Shown here in pieces: positions 52,001 to 64,000 of a DNA stretch of 64,000 nt; positions within the stretch are counted from its first letter, which is position 1, and each line of letters begins with the position of its first letter. The translations under genes were made by a program, and so were the position numbers. Under the pieces are notes generated by a model, which worked only from the letters and a program-made list of their open reading frames with translations, was not told where the DNA came from and made no database searches. Source of the DNA: Lingula anatina (Eukaryota; Animalia; Brachiopoda); NCBI GenBank assembly GCA_051362555.1, contig CM120642.1, positions 34,100,001 to 34,164,000 on the forward strand. Reading direction: 5' to 3'.

Positions 52001-53161
52001 TGACATCTTTGTTCATCTGGCGCTCCAGCTGACTACGCTTGTAACGAGGTCCACGGTTGTTCAACATGGCTTTGGTTTCATGACCTTAAATAGTGACCAA
52101 AAAAAAAAAAATAATAATAATAAATAAAATAAATAATAATAATAACTCTGGCACTTGATTGGAAATAGCAGTCCATTACAAAGAGTTAAGCTCTGATTAA
52201 ACATTTTTTAAAGAATTACTGTAGTCTTCAGACTAAAAGCTAAGCAGAGTTTTTATAGTTTATATCTTATAAATACTGTAAATCATAAATCCGCTAATAT
52301 CCATATGTTAATATTTTCTGTTATTTTAGCTCTAGTTGGTTCAGCATACCTGCATATACAACCAGTCCCTCTACAAAGTCTGTGTTCCTCAGTACACACC
52401 CTCTGAGTACCACATTGTGTTTGTTGAGGGGGATGTGTTCATTGGTGGGCTCAATACTGGAATTATACTACAGTGTTACTCAGGGGCCATTCCAACAGAT
52501 ATTTGGATCAATCTATCTCCCTGGGGAGTCTCACTAAATTGCTATCAACAGACATTTAAGCCAGTTAGGTTGACAGCAATTTAGTGAGAGTCCCCAGGGA
52601 GTTAGATCGATCCAGATGGATTGATCCAACTCTGCAGGGGGTTTTCAATAAAGTGCATTCAGTGTAGTCATCTTAATTGTCTGACACTGGACAGAAACCC
52701 TACCACTTGTAAACACAAATTTTAAAAATAAAATGTGCTATAGTTTCTATAAAAATGCACAAAAGCTAACTCCCACAGTTACTAAAAAAATTGACTGTTA
52801 TAATTATGTGAATATTTTACATGCCTTAACATCTTGTCAAATTGTCAAAGAACAAAATGGCTGTGACAAAATTCTTCAAGACTGAATATCATCCTGTTTA
52901 TTAATAATCCCCTTCTGGAGACAGCTGGACGAGAGGATTACAGATATTAAATACTTTGGGATAGATCTAATTAAGAAACTCTTGCAGAGATTTATAACAA
53001 TGGTTAATAATCCAGTTTTACTCACAGTGATCCATGGAACTTATAGATTTCTGGATTTGGGTGTTCACACTCTACTGTGCATCTGAATTTGGTAAGGTTG
53101 AACTCTTCACCCTGAGGGCAATAACATATTGTACATACAATAACAATTCATTCCTGTACTG

Positions 53162-53220
<59 letters not shown>

Positions 53221-55317
53221 GACCTTGTACATTGTTATTTATTACTAAAAATAATTCTCCTGTCATACATCCGTAACAATGAAACAGGATTAGCTGGCAT
53301 TTCATCTCTCTCTAAACAAGGGAAAGAAGTGTAAATTTATAACACAAAAGTAGTTATGATAATCTATGGAAAATTTAATCAAACTTCTTTTTCTAGAAAT
53401 AAATATTTAGCAAGTATATATAGGGTTAAGTTTATTAACAACTGGGAAAGTAGAGTCAGAGAGAAAATTAACATTGATGAATCACTTAGAGTTTCATTAT
53501 AAACTACTTTGGTTACTCTTTGTCAAATTTCCCCACACAAATATCACCCATCTAATTTAATACCTCTAGTAACATTGGAAATATTATAACAAGGTACCTT
53601 TTGTAGGATATCTCGCACAACTTCCCGCTGCTTGAGATTGTTTTCTCCATCAATGTTGGCAGTTTCAATGTGACAAATTCCTTGCTCATCACTGGAGTGG
53701 AGCAGCAAGATGTCCGCTGGAATGACCTCATTACATGACAAATGGACAACATCTCCAACCTTAATACTTGACCACTTGGAGCGTGCATATCTACCCTCAT
53801 CTCTGCAATGATGAAGGTAACTGACATAATGCAAGGAAAAATTGGTAAAACTCTGAACAAAAATGGGTCAATGAAAGTGGAATATTATTGATGAGAGGAA
53901 GAGAAATGTCAATCAATTTTTGAATGATTTAACACTTTATGATAAATATTATATATAACATGTAATATATGACCAAGTTTAACTGTCTTAATCTAAACTT
54001 CACATCAAAAGCTTTATCACAAATGTAACTTAGAAGCTCTACAAGTACTGCATGGCTATGATCTGATCAATAAATAGCACTAAATCTAAACAGCAGTCAT
54101 CATGGTCATGTGGATCAGAAAGGAAAGACTTGTGCATGAGCACAGTCGAATGGCATCAGTAGAAATAGCTAGCTCAACTACTCTTTCTAGAGAGGACTTA
54201 CTTAAGGACTTGAAAACACAGCTTCAATTCTTATAAACACACTAGCTGTGGGAACTCATCATGACACAAGTCGTTAATTTGGACATTCAAGTTCCAAAAT
54301 CAGAGGCTTGTGAAAGCAACTAGGAATTATCATTTATGAGTCCTGAGCTTGCTTAACCGTTATAATCAGAGGACATCATAACAGATTAGTAATCTCTACA
54401 AAATCACACTTTTATATAGGTTTTTATGTGGCCACTAAGACCTTTATTCCATATTTCAAACAGTTTCTACAATTTACTAAACAAGTGGCATTTACTTACT
54501 AAAACTGCTCTAAATGAAAACATCATGTGATTATAATGGCTACATTATGTGTCAGAGGTGAGGAAATTAAACAGGACATTGATTCTATCAACTCTGTGGG
54601 AGTGTCAAGGTGTGTTAATTTTCAGTCAACTTGGGTCTGCCTGACTTGATGCCACCCACATCAGGAGTATTTCAGATAATATTTTATCCCCATAGAAAAC
54701 CAATATGGGTGGGACAACTAAGATATCAGTTTAGCTTTCTATGGTAGGTTGATTGTTATCACGACTTGCTGCAATGACTGGCTGGGACAGCTTATATAAG
54801 GGTGTTTTGATCCAATGTGATTGGAAACATGACTTTGGTCTGCTTTTCAGTTCAAAAGGTGACATACCAGTATTTTGTATTTCAAACTCAGAATTCCCCT
54901 CAATGACAAATTATTTTGTTCCTGCAAATTTACTTTGGAGAACTTTTAAGTTGTTAAAACAACCTTCAATACTCACAATAACCTGTAACTGTCACCACAA
55001 CAAGCACTTCATCTTTTCCTTTAAAAAATTGCCTGTGTTTTACAGTTATTTAAAAAATCAAGACACCAGTAATGATTTGAATCTCATATAGTGATCATTC
55101 TATATGAAAAATGACATAAAACTAGCTAGAGGAATGTGCCTCTAAACTACTCTAAAGTTGAATGATGTCTGCCTTAATTTTAAACCTTAGGATCTAGAAT
55201 CTATGCCAAAGCTATATATATATATATATATATATATATTAAGTTTAATGAAGTCTACATTAACTTAACTTAATTAACTAAATTTTTACACCTTAGGATC
55301 TAGAATCTATGCCAAAG

Positions 55318-55350
<33 letters not shown>

Positions 55351-57945
55351 GTTTAATGAAGTCTACATTAACTTAACTTAATTATCTAAATTTTTACACC
55401 TGAGGATCTAGAATCTATGCCAAAGCTATATATATATAGGCTAGGTTTTAAAAACTCTGAACATTTATCATGGGACCCAACACCTATTTTATTGCAGATC
55501 TTGACGAATCTCAGGAAACATCAGAGCTGAATTAAAAAACGCTGAATTCCGTGGTTCTGCAGAAAAAACTCATGTCTGATACATTACTGTAAATTGTGTC
55601 CAATTATCACCAAAGCTAATAGGAGACACTCCTTCCCAATGATCTGAACATGAGAAATAATGCACCAAAAGCAAAGATAGTAAAATACTGCCCTCAGCAT
55701 TCCTGCACACTTTTATTGAGGTTAAAAATACAATATTGCCCCAAGATCAAGTGGTTCATATCCTCTATCACACTGATAACACAGGACACCAGGAATATTT
55801 TACAATTCATTAAAGGGATAATAACTCTTCGTATGAGATCTATATTTCACAACAAAAACATTGTGAATAACTCATAGAAATATAATATATTCTGTTTTAC
55901 CACAAAAACAGCAGTTATAGCTATTATTCTGATATCTGAGCTTGTCTTCAGACCACGTGACCTCCATTGATGGCTATACTCTGTTAAAATCTCTTAAGAG
56001 ATTTTAACAAAAAAACAAACTTTTTAGAAAAAAAAACAGGGACTAACTTTGAATGTAAAAATGGATTCATTAACCATTGGTAAGTATGGGAAAATTGTTG
56101 TTTACTCCAGGAAAATTCATTTTTTGGCCGAAACGAAGAGTTATTATCCCTTTAAACACTGCCATATTAATTCAATATATACTGCACATAGACTAAGTTG
56201 TTTTGAAGAACTCATCATCACAATGATGGTGATCATACTATTGCTTTATTAGAGTTTTACCATACTGTCACATCTGTATATGAACCCCACAACATCTGAG
56301 ACTTTTAAATACCATTCTTGTTTCTAAAACACCTGGTCAATTCATAATACCAGGTAGTCTATTTCTGGCCTTATTTAGTCCTGATATGAACATGCCTACA
56401 ATGCAATAATACCAGGTAGTCTATTTCTAGCCTTATTTAATCCTGATATGAACATGCCTATACTGCAATAAAACCAGGTTGTCTATTTCTGGCCTTATTT
56501 AGTCCTTATATGAACATGCCTACACTGCAATCACCACACTGATTGGAGCAAAGTTACCACATTTAAATAAACTGAAGAAGGACAGAGACATTCTACATTA
56601 CAATTCCAATATTCTGTGCTATGTAAACAACAGTTTTCCAGTTCCCATCCACAAAAAGCTAGCATCTGGCTTGTATATGAACCAAATATTGCCAGGACTA
56701 TTGATTGTAGAGCCTGAGAAAACAGGAGCTCAATAGACATTTTAGAAAGAGTCATGAAAACAGTCAGCAGGTTTATTATCATATTCCCTTTCTTCTCCTG
56801 ACTTGATACTGTTAGAGGTGTTAAACATTTGGTAAATCTGTGAAATATTTCATGTATTGTTCCTGTTACTGAAGAAGAGCAACAAAGGCTATTGACCACT
56901 CAAACACTATTAATCATCCTGGTAGTCAGTAACATCTTTCTATGTCTTAAATATCTGTGCCTCTGTTCCCCAAGCCAAGTTGTTTTGCCACCAGAACATC
57001 TAGGCCAAACAGGGAGAAAAATCTGTAATAGTGCAGGCCAATTTGCTTCTTTGGTTAACTCCAATGTGCATGCCTCACTCCAGGAAAAGTACATTTTATG
57101 TTCTTCGCTATTTTTGTTCAGTATTTTTTTTTGTGTGAAATACTTCACTTGTCATAGTCATAACACTTAGAGGGAGTGTAACTGTGCACCATTTGGGGCA
57201 CTGCTGCACTGGCAACTTTGAACAAACTTATAACAAAATGCCATTCTTCTTAATGTCTTTTAGGAGCTGTCAATGTCTTTGAGGATTATAGCAAGCTAGA
57301 TATTATTATCCTACCTGGAATACACCATATACAACTGTCAATGCCTTTGAGGATTATAGCAAGCTAGATATTATTATCCTACCTGGAATACACCCTACAA
57401 CTGTCAATGTCTTTGAGGATTATAGCAAGCTAGATATTAATATCCTACCTGGAATACACCCTACAACTGTCAATGTCTTTGAGGATTATAGCAAGCTAGA
57501 TATTATTATCCTACCTGGAATACACCCTACAACTGGTCTTGTTCACCTCCTTGTCTGCTTTATAACGGCGATAATCTTCAAATCCGTCTTTCAGTGCAGT
57601 CACTCCTAGCACAAACAGCACTGGGCACATGGCAATCTCCTTGGCAAATGCATTGACTTCAGGCACAAAATTTAATAAAACTATAAAAATAAAATATAAG
57701 TTGGCCACCCTGTGGAACTGTTCAAATAGGTTCTTTGGTAGGAATGTCAAGATGGTGTATTTTGTGGTGTTAATTCGATTACTAGCGTACGCCTTGTTAG
57801 GATGTGCGCTGGGGTTGACATCGCTGGGTATTAAATGGTTTGGAATGATCAGTCTTCTATCTTTTGGCTGACATCTTTTCCTAGCCCCTTGCCTAGATCC
57901 AAAGACTGGGTTGCCTGTCTTGAAGCGTGCTATCAGGCCTTCCAT
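37925..57945 (-). CDS. ATP10: P4-ATPase phospholipid flippase, class V (ATP10A/B/D-like), about 1286 aa, 22 coding exons
   Basis: Exons 57945-57515, 53802-53598, 53111-53026, 52456-52350, 52084-51953, 51646-51519, 51223-50974, 49427-49354, 48902-48720, 48156-47829, 47498-47337, 46933-46712, 46368-46265, 45952-45872, 45606-45337, 45158-45104, 44553-44351, 42779-42579, 42413-42333, 42200-42096, 39615-39428, 38189-37925; GT-AG, phase-compatible, 3861 nt. Motifs [40 protein letters not shown] (class V), [42 protein letters not shown]. Confidence 0.96.
38982..39510 (-). repeat. 88-bp tandem repeat of the ATP10 exon 21 end plus donor, 6 donors
   Basis: AG|GTAAGT at 39427, 39339, 39251, 39163, 39075, 38987. 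Confidence 0.95.
39783..42137 (-). repeat. 58-bp tandem repeat of the ATP10 exon 20 end plus donor, about 40 donors
   Basis: Unit = 42 nt exon ([14 protein letters not shown]) + GTAYGTAGACTAGAAC; donors from 42095 to 39836. Confidence 0.96.
42709..44152 (-). repeat. 85-bp tandem repeat of acceptor plus ATP10 exon 18 start, 17 acceptors
   Basis: gtcttcattacag|GTGCTGATC...GATCAGTA repeated from 44139 to 42781; one copy has a 2-bp deletion near 43236. Confidence 0.96.
46355..46430 (-). repeat. 44-bp duplication of acceptor plus ATP10 exon 13 start, 2 acceptors
   Basis: cctgtag|GTGCCACTGGTGTAG at 46414 and 46370. Confidence 0.85.
48315..48759 (-). repeat. 96-bp (one 93-bp) tandem repeat of the ATP10 exon 9 end plus donor, 5 donors
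   Basis: GACAAG|GTGAGG at 48719, 48626, 48530, 48434, 48338. Confidence 0.95.
48914..49047. repeat. (TA)n/(CA)n compound microsatellite next to the exon 9 acceptor
   Basis: About 130 bp of alternating TA with a short CA core. Confidence 0.95.
49584..51014 (-). repeat. 45-bp in-frame tandem repeat of the ATP10 exon 7 end plus donor, 31 donors
   Basis: GAAG|GTATAT every 45 nt from 50973 to 49623; reads ([15 protein letters not shown])n in ORF 49475-51277. Confidence 0.97.
51674..51986 (-). repeat. Degenerate 42-51-bp tandem repeat of the ATP10 exon 5 end plus donor, 6 donor-like sites
   Basis: TTTCTCTTCTGCCATTG|GTRAGTT copies at about 51952, 51901, 51859, 51812, 51765 (GC) and 51714; fills nearly all of intron 5. 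Confidence 0.9.
52483..52642. mobile_element. Short palindromic Harbinger-type MITE copy
   Basis: ccctggggagtctcactaaattgct / agcaatttagtgagagtccccaggg inverted arms; related to 58587-58800. Confidence 0.7.
55184..55438. repeat. Tandem triplication (about 105-110 bp) containing (TA)n
   Basis: acct(t/g)aggatctagaatctatgccaaagc(ta)n at about 55184, 55290 and 55398. Confidence 0.85.
56345..56531. repeat. 62-bp tandem repeat x3
   Basis: caggt(a/t)gtctatttct(g/a)gccttattta..cct.atatgaacatgccta at 56351, 56413, 56475. Confidence 0.88.
57268..57535 (-). repeat. 66-bp tandem repeat of the ATP10 first coding exon end plus donor, 4 donors
   Basis: GTGTATTCCAG|GTAGGATA at 57514, 57448, 57382, 57314. 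Confidence 0.94.
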
Positions 57946-58528
57946 GTTCACTCTGAAATGAAAATCAAACATATGAGTAAGCTGTAAGCCAGAGACTTAC
58001 AACTGTGATTAATCAAGTGAAGTGTCATCCTACGCTCTGTTCTTGGTAGTAAAGTCTGTTATGAAGCTAGATGGAATAATTAAAGATCCCAGTGCAGTGA
58101 ATATAAAAATGTCTAATGAAATTGCCTTCTGTCTGCTGAACAACAGAGGGCTATAATTCAAAGACTTTAATGCATGACTGGCTAAAATATGAGGGGTTTT
58201 CTTGAAATATAATATTGGCTAAAATATGAAGGGTTTTCTTTAAATATAATATTGGCTAAAATACGAGGGGTTTTCTTTAAATATAATATCTTTTCAGAGA
58301 TGGGACATTTTGGTGCTGTGTAGGACAGTGTCTGACTTACTAAAAGGAAGCCTCACAAATATGCCTATATGTTTTATGACACCTATTAAAAAGAAGGTGT
58401 GATGACATTGGAGATTTTTGGCCAAAAAAGGACATATGGCATAAAAATGTATGTGTCTTCCCAAATAAGTTCTCTAAAAAATGACCACAATTTACAAATC
58501 TCCCGTATAATCAAAACCAGTATTTTCA

Positions 58529-59023
58529 ACTCTCACCCTCAGGCTCAGATTAAATACTACCCCAATATCATCAACTCTCACACTAAGGCTGTATTCCCAG
58601 AGCTTTTAGATCAATCTATCCCCGCGGGGAGTCTCACTAGATTACTGTCAGATAATCTGGCTTAAATGTCCGTCCCGCCTACTACAAGCTGTAAGGGGGT
58701 AATTAACTTTCGTGTCCGCTCGGCTGACAGCTATTTAGCGTGAACCCCGAGGAGTTAGGTCGATCTAAAGTAGATCGATCTAATCTCTGAAAATGGGGTC
58801 AAAGACTCAGATTACATACTACCACAATATCATCAACTCTCACACTAAGACTCAGATTAAATACTACCCCAATATCATCAACTCTCACACTAAGACTCAG
58901 ATTAAATACTACCCCAATATCATCAACTCTCACACTAAGACTCAGATTAAATACTACCCCAATATCATCAACTCTCACACTAAGACTCAGATTAAATACT
59001 ACACCAATATCATCAACTCTCAC
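58529..59023. repeat. 45-bp minisatellite (about 6 copies) interrupted by a MITE
   Basis: Unit actctcacactaagactcagattaaatactaccccaatatcatca. Confidence 0.9.
58587..58800. mobile_element. Harbinger-type MITE copy inserted at a TAA in a minisatellite unit
   Basis: Ends aatggggtc like 61791-62040; flanks taa/aaa; splits cactaa|gactcag. Confidence 0.7.
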
Positions 59024-60094
59024 ACATTCAGTTAACAATGGGCACTTAATCATGACATAGCACTAGCCTGTCAAAATGTCTCTGATAAAATCTCCTACCC
59101 CTTCAACAGCACAAACTTATACACATTTACATAGTATATTAATTATGTGAAGGATAATTCCCTGTCCATGTTCAACAGACCAAGTCCACCCCTTCTGATA
59201 GCACAATTAACTTAAAGGTAAGATGTAGAAGATAAAGGTTAGCTACAGACCATGTATACTATATATATATATATAAAGGGGGCAGTTTACTGATAAAGAG
59301 AGCATATTATCATATGTGCTCAGATGCTGATAGACTCAAGATTCTTTTATAAAACCAAATAACGGAGTGGTTTTAGACAACCCAAATATGCAGAATCAGA
59401 CCAATGATATATTTACCAACTAAATCCAAATACCAAAGTTTTCCTCCACATAATTCAACTGTAATCAGCAGTAAAACATAACATGGAACATTGGTGCCGA
59501 TATTTCCCCAATGACATGTGCCAGCTTGCTAACCAATATAGACAAGAAGAAAGAATATCTGAGGCAGATACTGGGCAGATGTGCCCACACATATGTAGGT
59601 CTAGCTATTAACTTTGATAATTGAACTTGGACATGAATATATAGACACTTTATATGGCCTGCTTACTGCAGACATATTTAATCACCATTTCCATATCTTC
59701 TTGAATAATTACAGACTGGCATTATACATTTGACTGGTTTATATACAGACATTATTCACTGTGCAGGACATTCACAAGATATCCAATTTTATTTTACTAA
59801 CAGTATGTAGTTAGACTTTGTGACCTGACATTCTTCTGTTAATTTTTGTCTCCATCTTTTTGTTGGCAATTTTTCTTGATTTTTTGTTTCCATTTTTCTC
59901 AGAAATAAAACATCACTAGGTTATACAGCAACAAAGTTACAATCAAAAGCATTCTGATATGCCTGGAGAGTTTGATTCCTTAGAACTTTTACATAACTTA
60001 GGAAATGAACTACCAATAATTAGCATAGAAAGGTCACGTGACAGATAAAAATGACATGAACAGACTTTTTATTAATGATGTCTGTTCTGTTTGA

Positions 60095-60358
60095 TCTGGT
60101 GGACCTACTAGGCCTGGTAGACCTAAGGAACCTGGTGAACCTAGTGGATCTGATGGACCTTGTGGACCTGGTTGTACCTAGTAGAGCTGGTGGACCTAGT
60201 AGAGCTGGTGTACCTGGTGAACCTAAGAAACCTGGTGAACCTAGTAGAACTGGTGACCTAGTGGACCTGATTATACCTAGTGGATCTGGTTGTACCTAGT
60301 GGACCTGGCAGACCTAAAGAGCCTGGTAGACCTATTGGATCCAGTGGACCTAGTGGAC
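60095..60358. repeat. Degenerate 9-bp-period repeat (ggacctrgt)
   Basis: Repeated ggacctagt/gaacctggt/gtacctagt units. Confidence 0.8.
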
Positions 60359-61790
60359 TGAGCCACTTTTAGGCCAATTTAGGGGTTTACTTGTTTTGTT
60401 TTCACAGCAGAGGGGGCAGGTTGTAGTGCAAGCCTGTAACCAAGGTGTGTGTGTGGGGGGGGGAGGGGAATTTGAACAAACTGCCCTTTTTGCCAAGAAA
60501 AGTAGGCTCTGGATAAATCTGATATAGGTAAACAAAAGTTCATGGTAAAAGGTTCACTTTGTCCACCATTGATGGCTATACATGCATGTTGTGTATGAAA
60601 TACAACATGCATGAAATAAAGTCCCAGCCTCTGTAGCCTTATCTTCAGTTAATTTCATACCAGAATTGCATAAAAGCATGCAAGTCAGTACAAACCAAAC
60701 AGTTGGTTCAACTTAATATATAATACTATCATTAGCTTACCTTCCACTTAACAAAGGGATTTGTAAATTAAATGTGTAAACTACTACCCAGATTATATGC
60801 TGGATTAAAAATTCATGCAAACGCATAAAAATTTGTGTAGCCTTAAAGGCTTTTAAAATCTGAATCTACAAGATATAACTGTAAAATCCTGTTTGGCAAG
60901 GAATGTGACCTCTTTTCTTGGAAAGGGTTATTTTTGTCGCAATGAGGAAGTAGTCTTATTTAACAATAGCTAATCACATTACTAATGTGGTCGCATTTAT
61001 TTTCTCATATTTTTTCCTTCAATCTCACTGCTGATTCCACACAGATAGACCTACAAATCATAAATACAGGTTTTGAAATATATATTATTCACCTCTACCT
61101 ACTACTCTAAACTCTGAAATTATGGAGTAGGCTTTAACAATACCGTGCACCACACAGAAGAATGAACACCTACTAGTACACCTTTAACAATACTGTGCAC
61201 AACATAGAAGGAATAATGTTCCCATAGTTTCCAGGAGCTGTCTATAACCTTATGAGTCCATGTGCCAAAGAAAATACAGGTCAAACACCATCTGTGTATT
61301 AGAGGAAGAGAGGTTATACCATGTGAAAGGTTATACTGCACTATCTAATGGATGAAAACATCCCTGCCCTGTCACAGCCATCCAGTGTTCACAGAGAGTG
61401 AATGGTGAGCATAGAAGTTATTTAAAAAAGCTGACAATCCAGCTCACTTCACTAAGTGTTTTCTAAATCTGTTGGCCTTTGTAGTCCTATTTTTGAGGTT
61501 AACTAAAGATTGACTGCTCTGACCCAGTTTGTAAAAGGTTTATGGGTGTAAAGTAACAGCACAATCCTTTTGTAACCAACATACCAACACACGCAAATGT
61601 AATCTTATTTAACACTGACAACACTTTTCATTTATTTGTCTCTTAATTCATGTCACATTCTTGCAAACGTACTTACTACTGTCATATTTCAAATCATTCA
61701 AAGAAACACCTTTACTCAGATCTATCTCAGAGACAAAGGACTTATCTAATTATTAATCATTCCCATTTCATGAAAGGAAAGCCAATCTAA

Positions 61791-62040
61791 AACCCCATTC
61801 TCATACCTAGATCGATCTAGCAGGATCGACCCATCTCCTAGGGGTTTCTCGCTAAATTACATTCAGCTTAAGTCACTCTGATGTCTGGCACGCCTACTGT
61901 AAGAGGGTAATTAACTATCATTTAGCAGCTTTATTAGGCGTGCCAGACATCAAAGCCGCTTTATCTGAATGCAATTTAGTAAGAATCCCCTCAGAGATGG
62001 GCCGATCCTGCTAGATCAATCTAGGTATGAGAATGGGGTC
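61791..62040. mobile_element. PIF/Harbinger MITE, 250 bp, nearly fully palindromic
   Basis: accccattctcatacctagatcgatctagcaggatcg / cgatcctgctagatcaatctaggtatgagaatggggt; flanks taa/caa; same family as 18666-18875. Confidence 0.85.
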
Positions 62041-64000
62041 CAACTCTACAAGGGACTTCATAACAATGGCAGTGGACAGGACAACACAGGATTGCTAGCA
62101 GCCACTTTAAACTAGGTTCTCAGTTATGATGCCAAAATAATTGTTGTTAGACCAATCTTTTTTTTTTTTTTTTTCAAAATCTATAAAAAAAATATTTTCA
62201 CTTGAATTATTAACAAAATTGACCATTTTAATAACTTAACCTAAGCCAGAACTCATTCTTATCAACCACTGGGAATATTAAATTCTTTTCAGTCACTGAT
62301 GTCGAGGCCCTTCAACAAACGCAAGAATGACATTACTTATATTCCATATATCTCGAGTACCATCGATCTCTCTTCATTGAGCTCTGTAAGTATTGGCCTA
62401 GACAGATGTGTAAGAAAATCCTCCTTAATTGCATGGAGAGACACTCACTTCCTACTGCTGATATTAAACAACAGTTAGCAGGACCAGCATTTAACATGAG
62501 AAATCCCCTCCCATGTTGGTGCTGTGTGGAAAAGGATCACTGCCTGGGAGCCACTGCCATATGAACCTGACATTTACTGTGTTTACAACAACTTGTCAAT
62601 CAAGTAACTAAAAGAACCACAAGTAGAAAAGCTTCAGAAGCTGTTTGTTTTAGAACCAAAGAAAAAACTGAAAAATAATCAAACACAGTCTGGTATATCT
62701 TTTGCTCCACTTAATTAGAACAGCACACTGGAAATTAACCAAAAAGCATTTTCAGCCCAATTTCTATTATATGTTAGCTAGCATCCCCCTCTCAGCATGT
62801 CATATACTTGTGAAAAGTATGATCATAAAATTTCTAAATTGAAAATAATGTAGAAAGGGATAAAACTCCTGGTGTTTCTGATATACATGCACACTAATCT
62901 GCTCTCAAGTAAAACATATATTAGTATTTGGGGGGGGGGGGGGGGGGGGCAAGACTGTTAGAAATCACCATAGGATGAGAAATACTGGGGTTCAAAATTT
63001 GATACTAGCTGGCATAATCCAGGGGGCTTGGTAATAATTAAAGTCTGTCCTAAATAAACCTGTTGGTTCTCATCATTACCTCTGAGCTTTGTTATAACAT
63101 AAAGCTTACCTGAGTATATTTTTTTAACAAGTGGTCAAATTTAAATCTGTAAACCCCTTTGTATTATATGAACTTTATTTTGATAAATCATTTTTTTCAG
63201 AGATGGGTTTAGATATTTAATGGCATTTTAAAGTTGCATAAAGTCATCATAACCAGGTAAATAATAAACCAGCAGCAGACTTCCCTGGGGATGTCCATAT
63301 ATCTCCAGTCCTAATAATGGCTATCACTCCGAGTTACTAGTATGCTATACTCAAAAATACACAATGGATGTACATTTATAAGATCAGTTTCCTGTCAAAA
63401 GTACCGAGTGACTGTACATTTATAAGATCAGTTTCCTTTCTTCATTTAGCCTCAGTTGTGTAAGTTGCATTTTGCGCTCATTAAAAATGCAAATTTTTGT
63501 AAGGGGTACAATTTTCATAATTTGAAAAAACTGTTGGTCCATTCTATTCAAAAGGAACAAAGGGGAATTTACAGTAATGAAAATCACATTCATTCATCTT
63601 TCAATTATAGCAGGGATAGCCATATTAATGCTACATGTATTAATCAATTTGCATATAATCTGCATATAATAATATTATTTTTACTATTATGGTCCATGTG
63701 TAATTGCAGTTGTGGTCTGTGTCATATCTCTGTTTACAAACATATTATGGCCTAATAATACCACTTTACACATTGTCTAATTTTACATATTATTTAGTAT
63801 TACATTAAAAAGTTGTGTACAATTAACCTCAACAATGATTACTACAAACAGCCCTTCTCAAGTTAATACCAGCACTAACAGCCTATCAACGCGGATCTGT
63901 TCATACCACGATAATTATATCAAATCACCAGGTGAAGGCTTCCACGGTACCACTCCATGTTCAGGACATATCTACGATGCAAGAACTGTAAACCATGTAA

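Noticed and set aside
56345-56531. 62-bp repeat containing cag|gtagt as a splice-site array
   Set aside because: It lies on the strand opposite the host gene and has no associated exon.
60075-60358. Collagen-like Gly-Pro-X exon
   Set aside because: Triplet register is broken by indels and stops, Gly is not maintained every third residue, and no clear splice sites are present.

Overview
AT-rich, intron-containing animal genomic DNA. An invertebrate, possibly a lophotrochozoan/mollusc, is inferred from the repeat and gene style only. Four genes can be reconstructed by hand: an intronless aminergic class A GPCR (6600-7643, +), a single-pass membrane protein with one sushi/CCP domain (10627-20943, +), an 8-finger C2H2 zinc-finger gene (30187-34685, +) and a 22-coding-exon P4-ATPase flippase of the ATP10A/B/D class (57945-37925, -). 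Mobile DNA includes a dead Tc1 (DD34E) element, a 615-bp element with 77-bp TIRs and an 8-bp TSD, and several PIF/Harbinger-type MITEs. The most striking pattern is that at least 10 exon-intron junctions (8 in the ATP10-like gene, 2 in the ZNF gene) are tandemly amplified. Each repeat unit carries a piece of coding exon plus its own splice site, giving arrays of 2 to about 40 competing donor or acceptor sites. One array (45 bp, 31 donors) is in frame, stop-free and differs from the exon mainly by synonymous changes. All coordinates and gene models were read by eye and have no transcript support.
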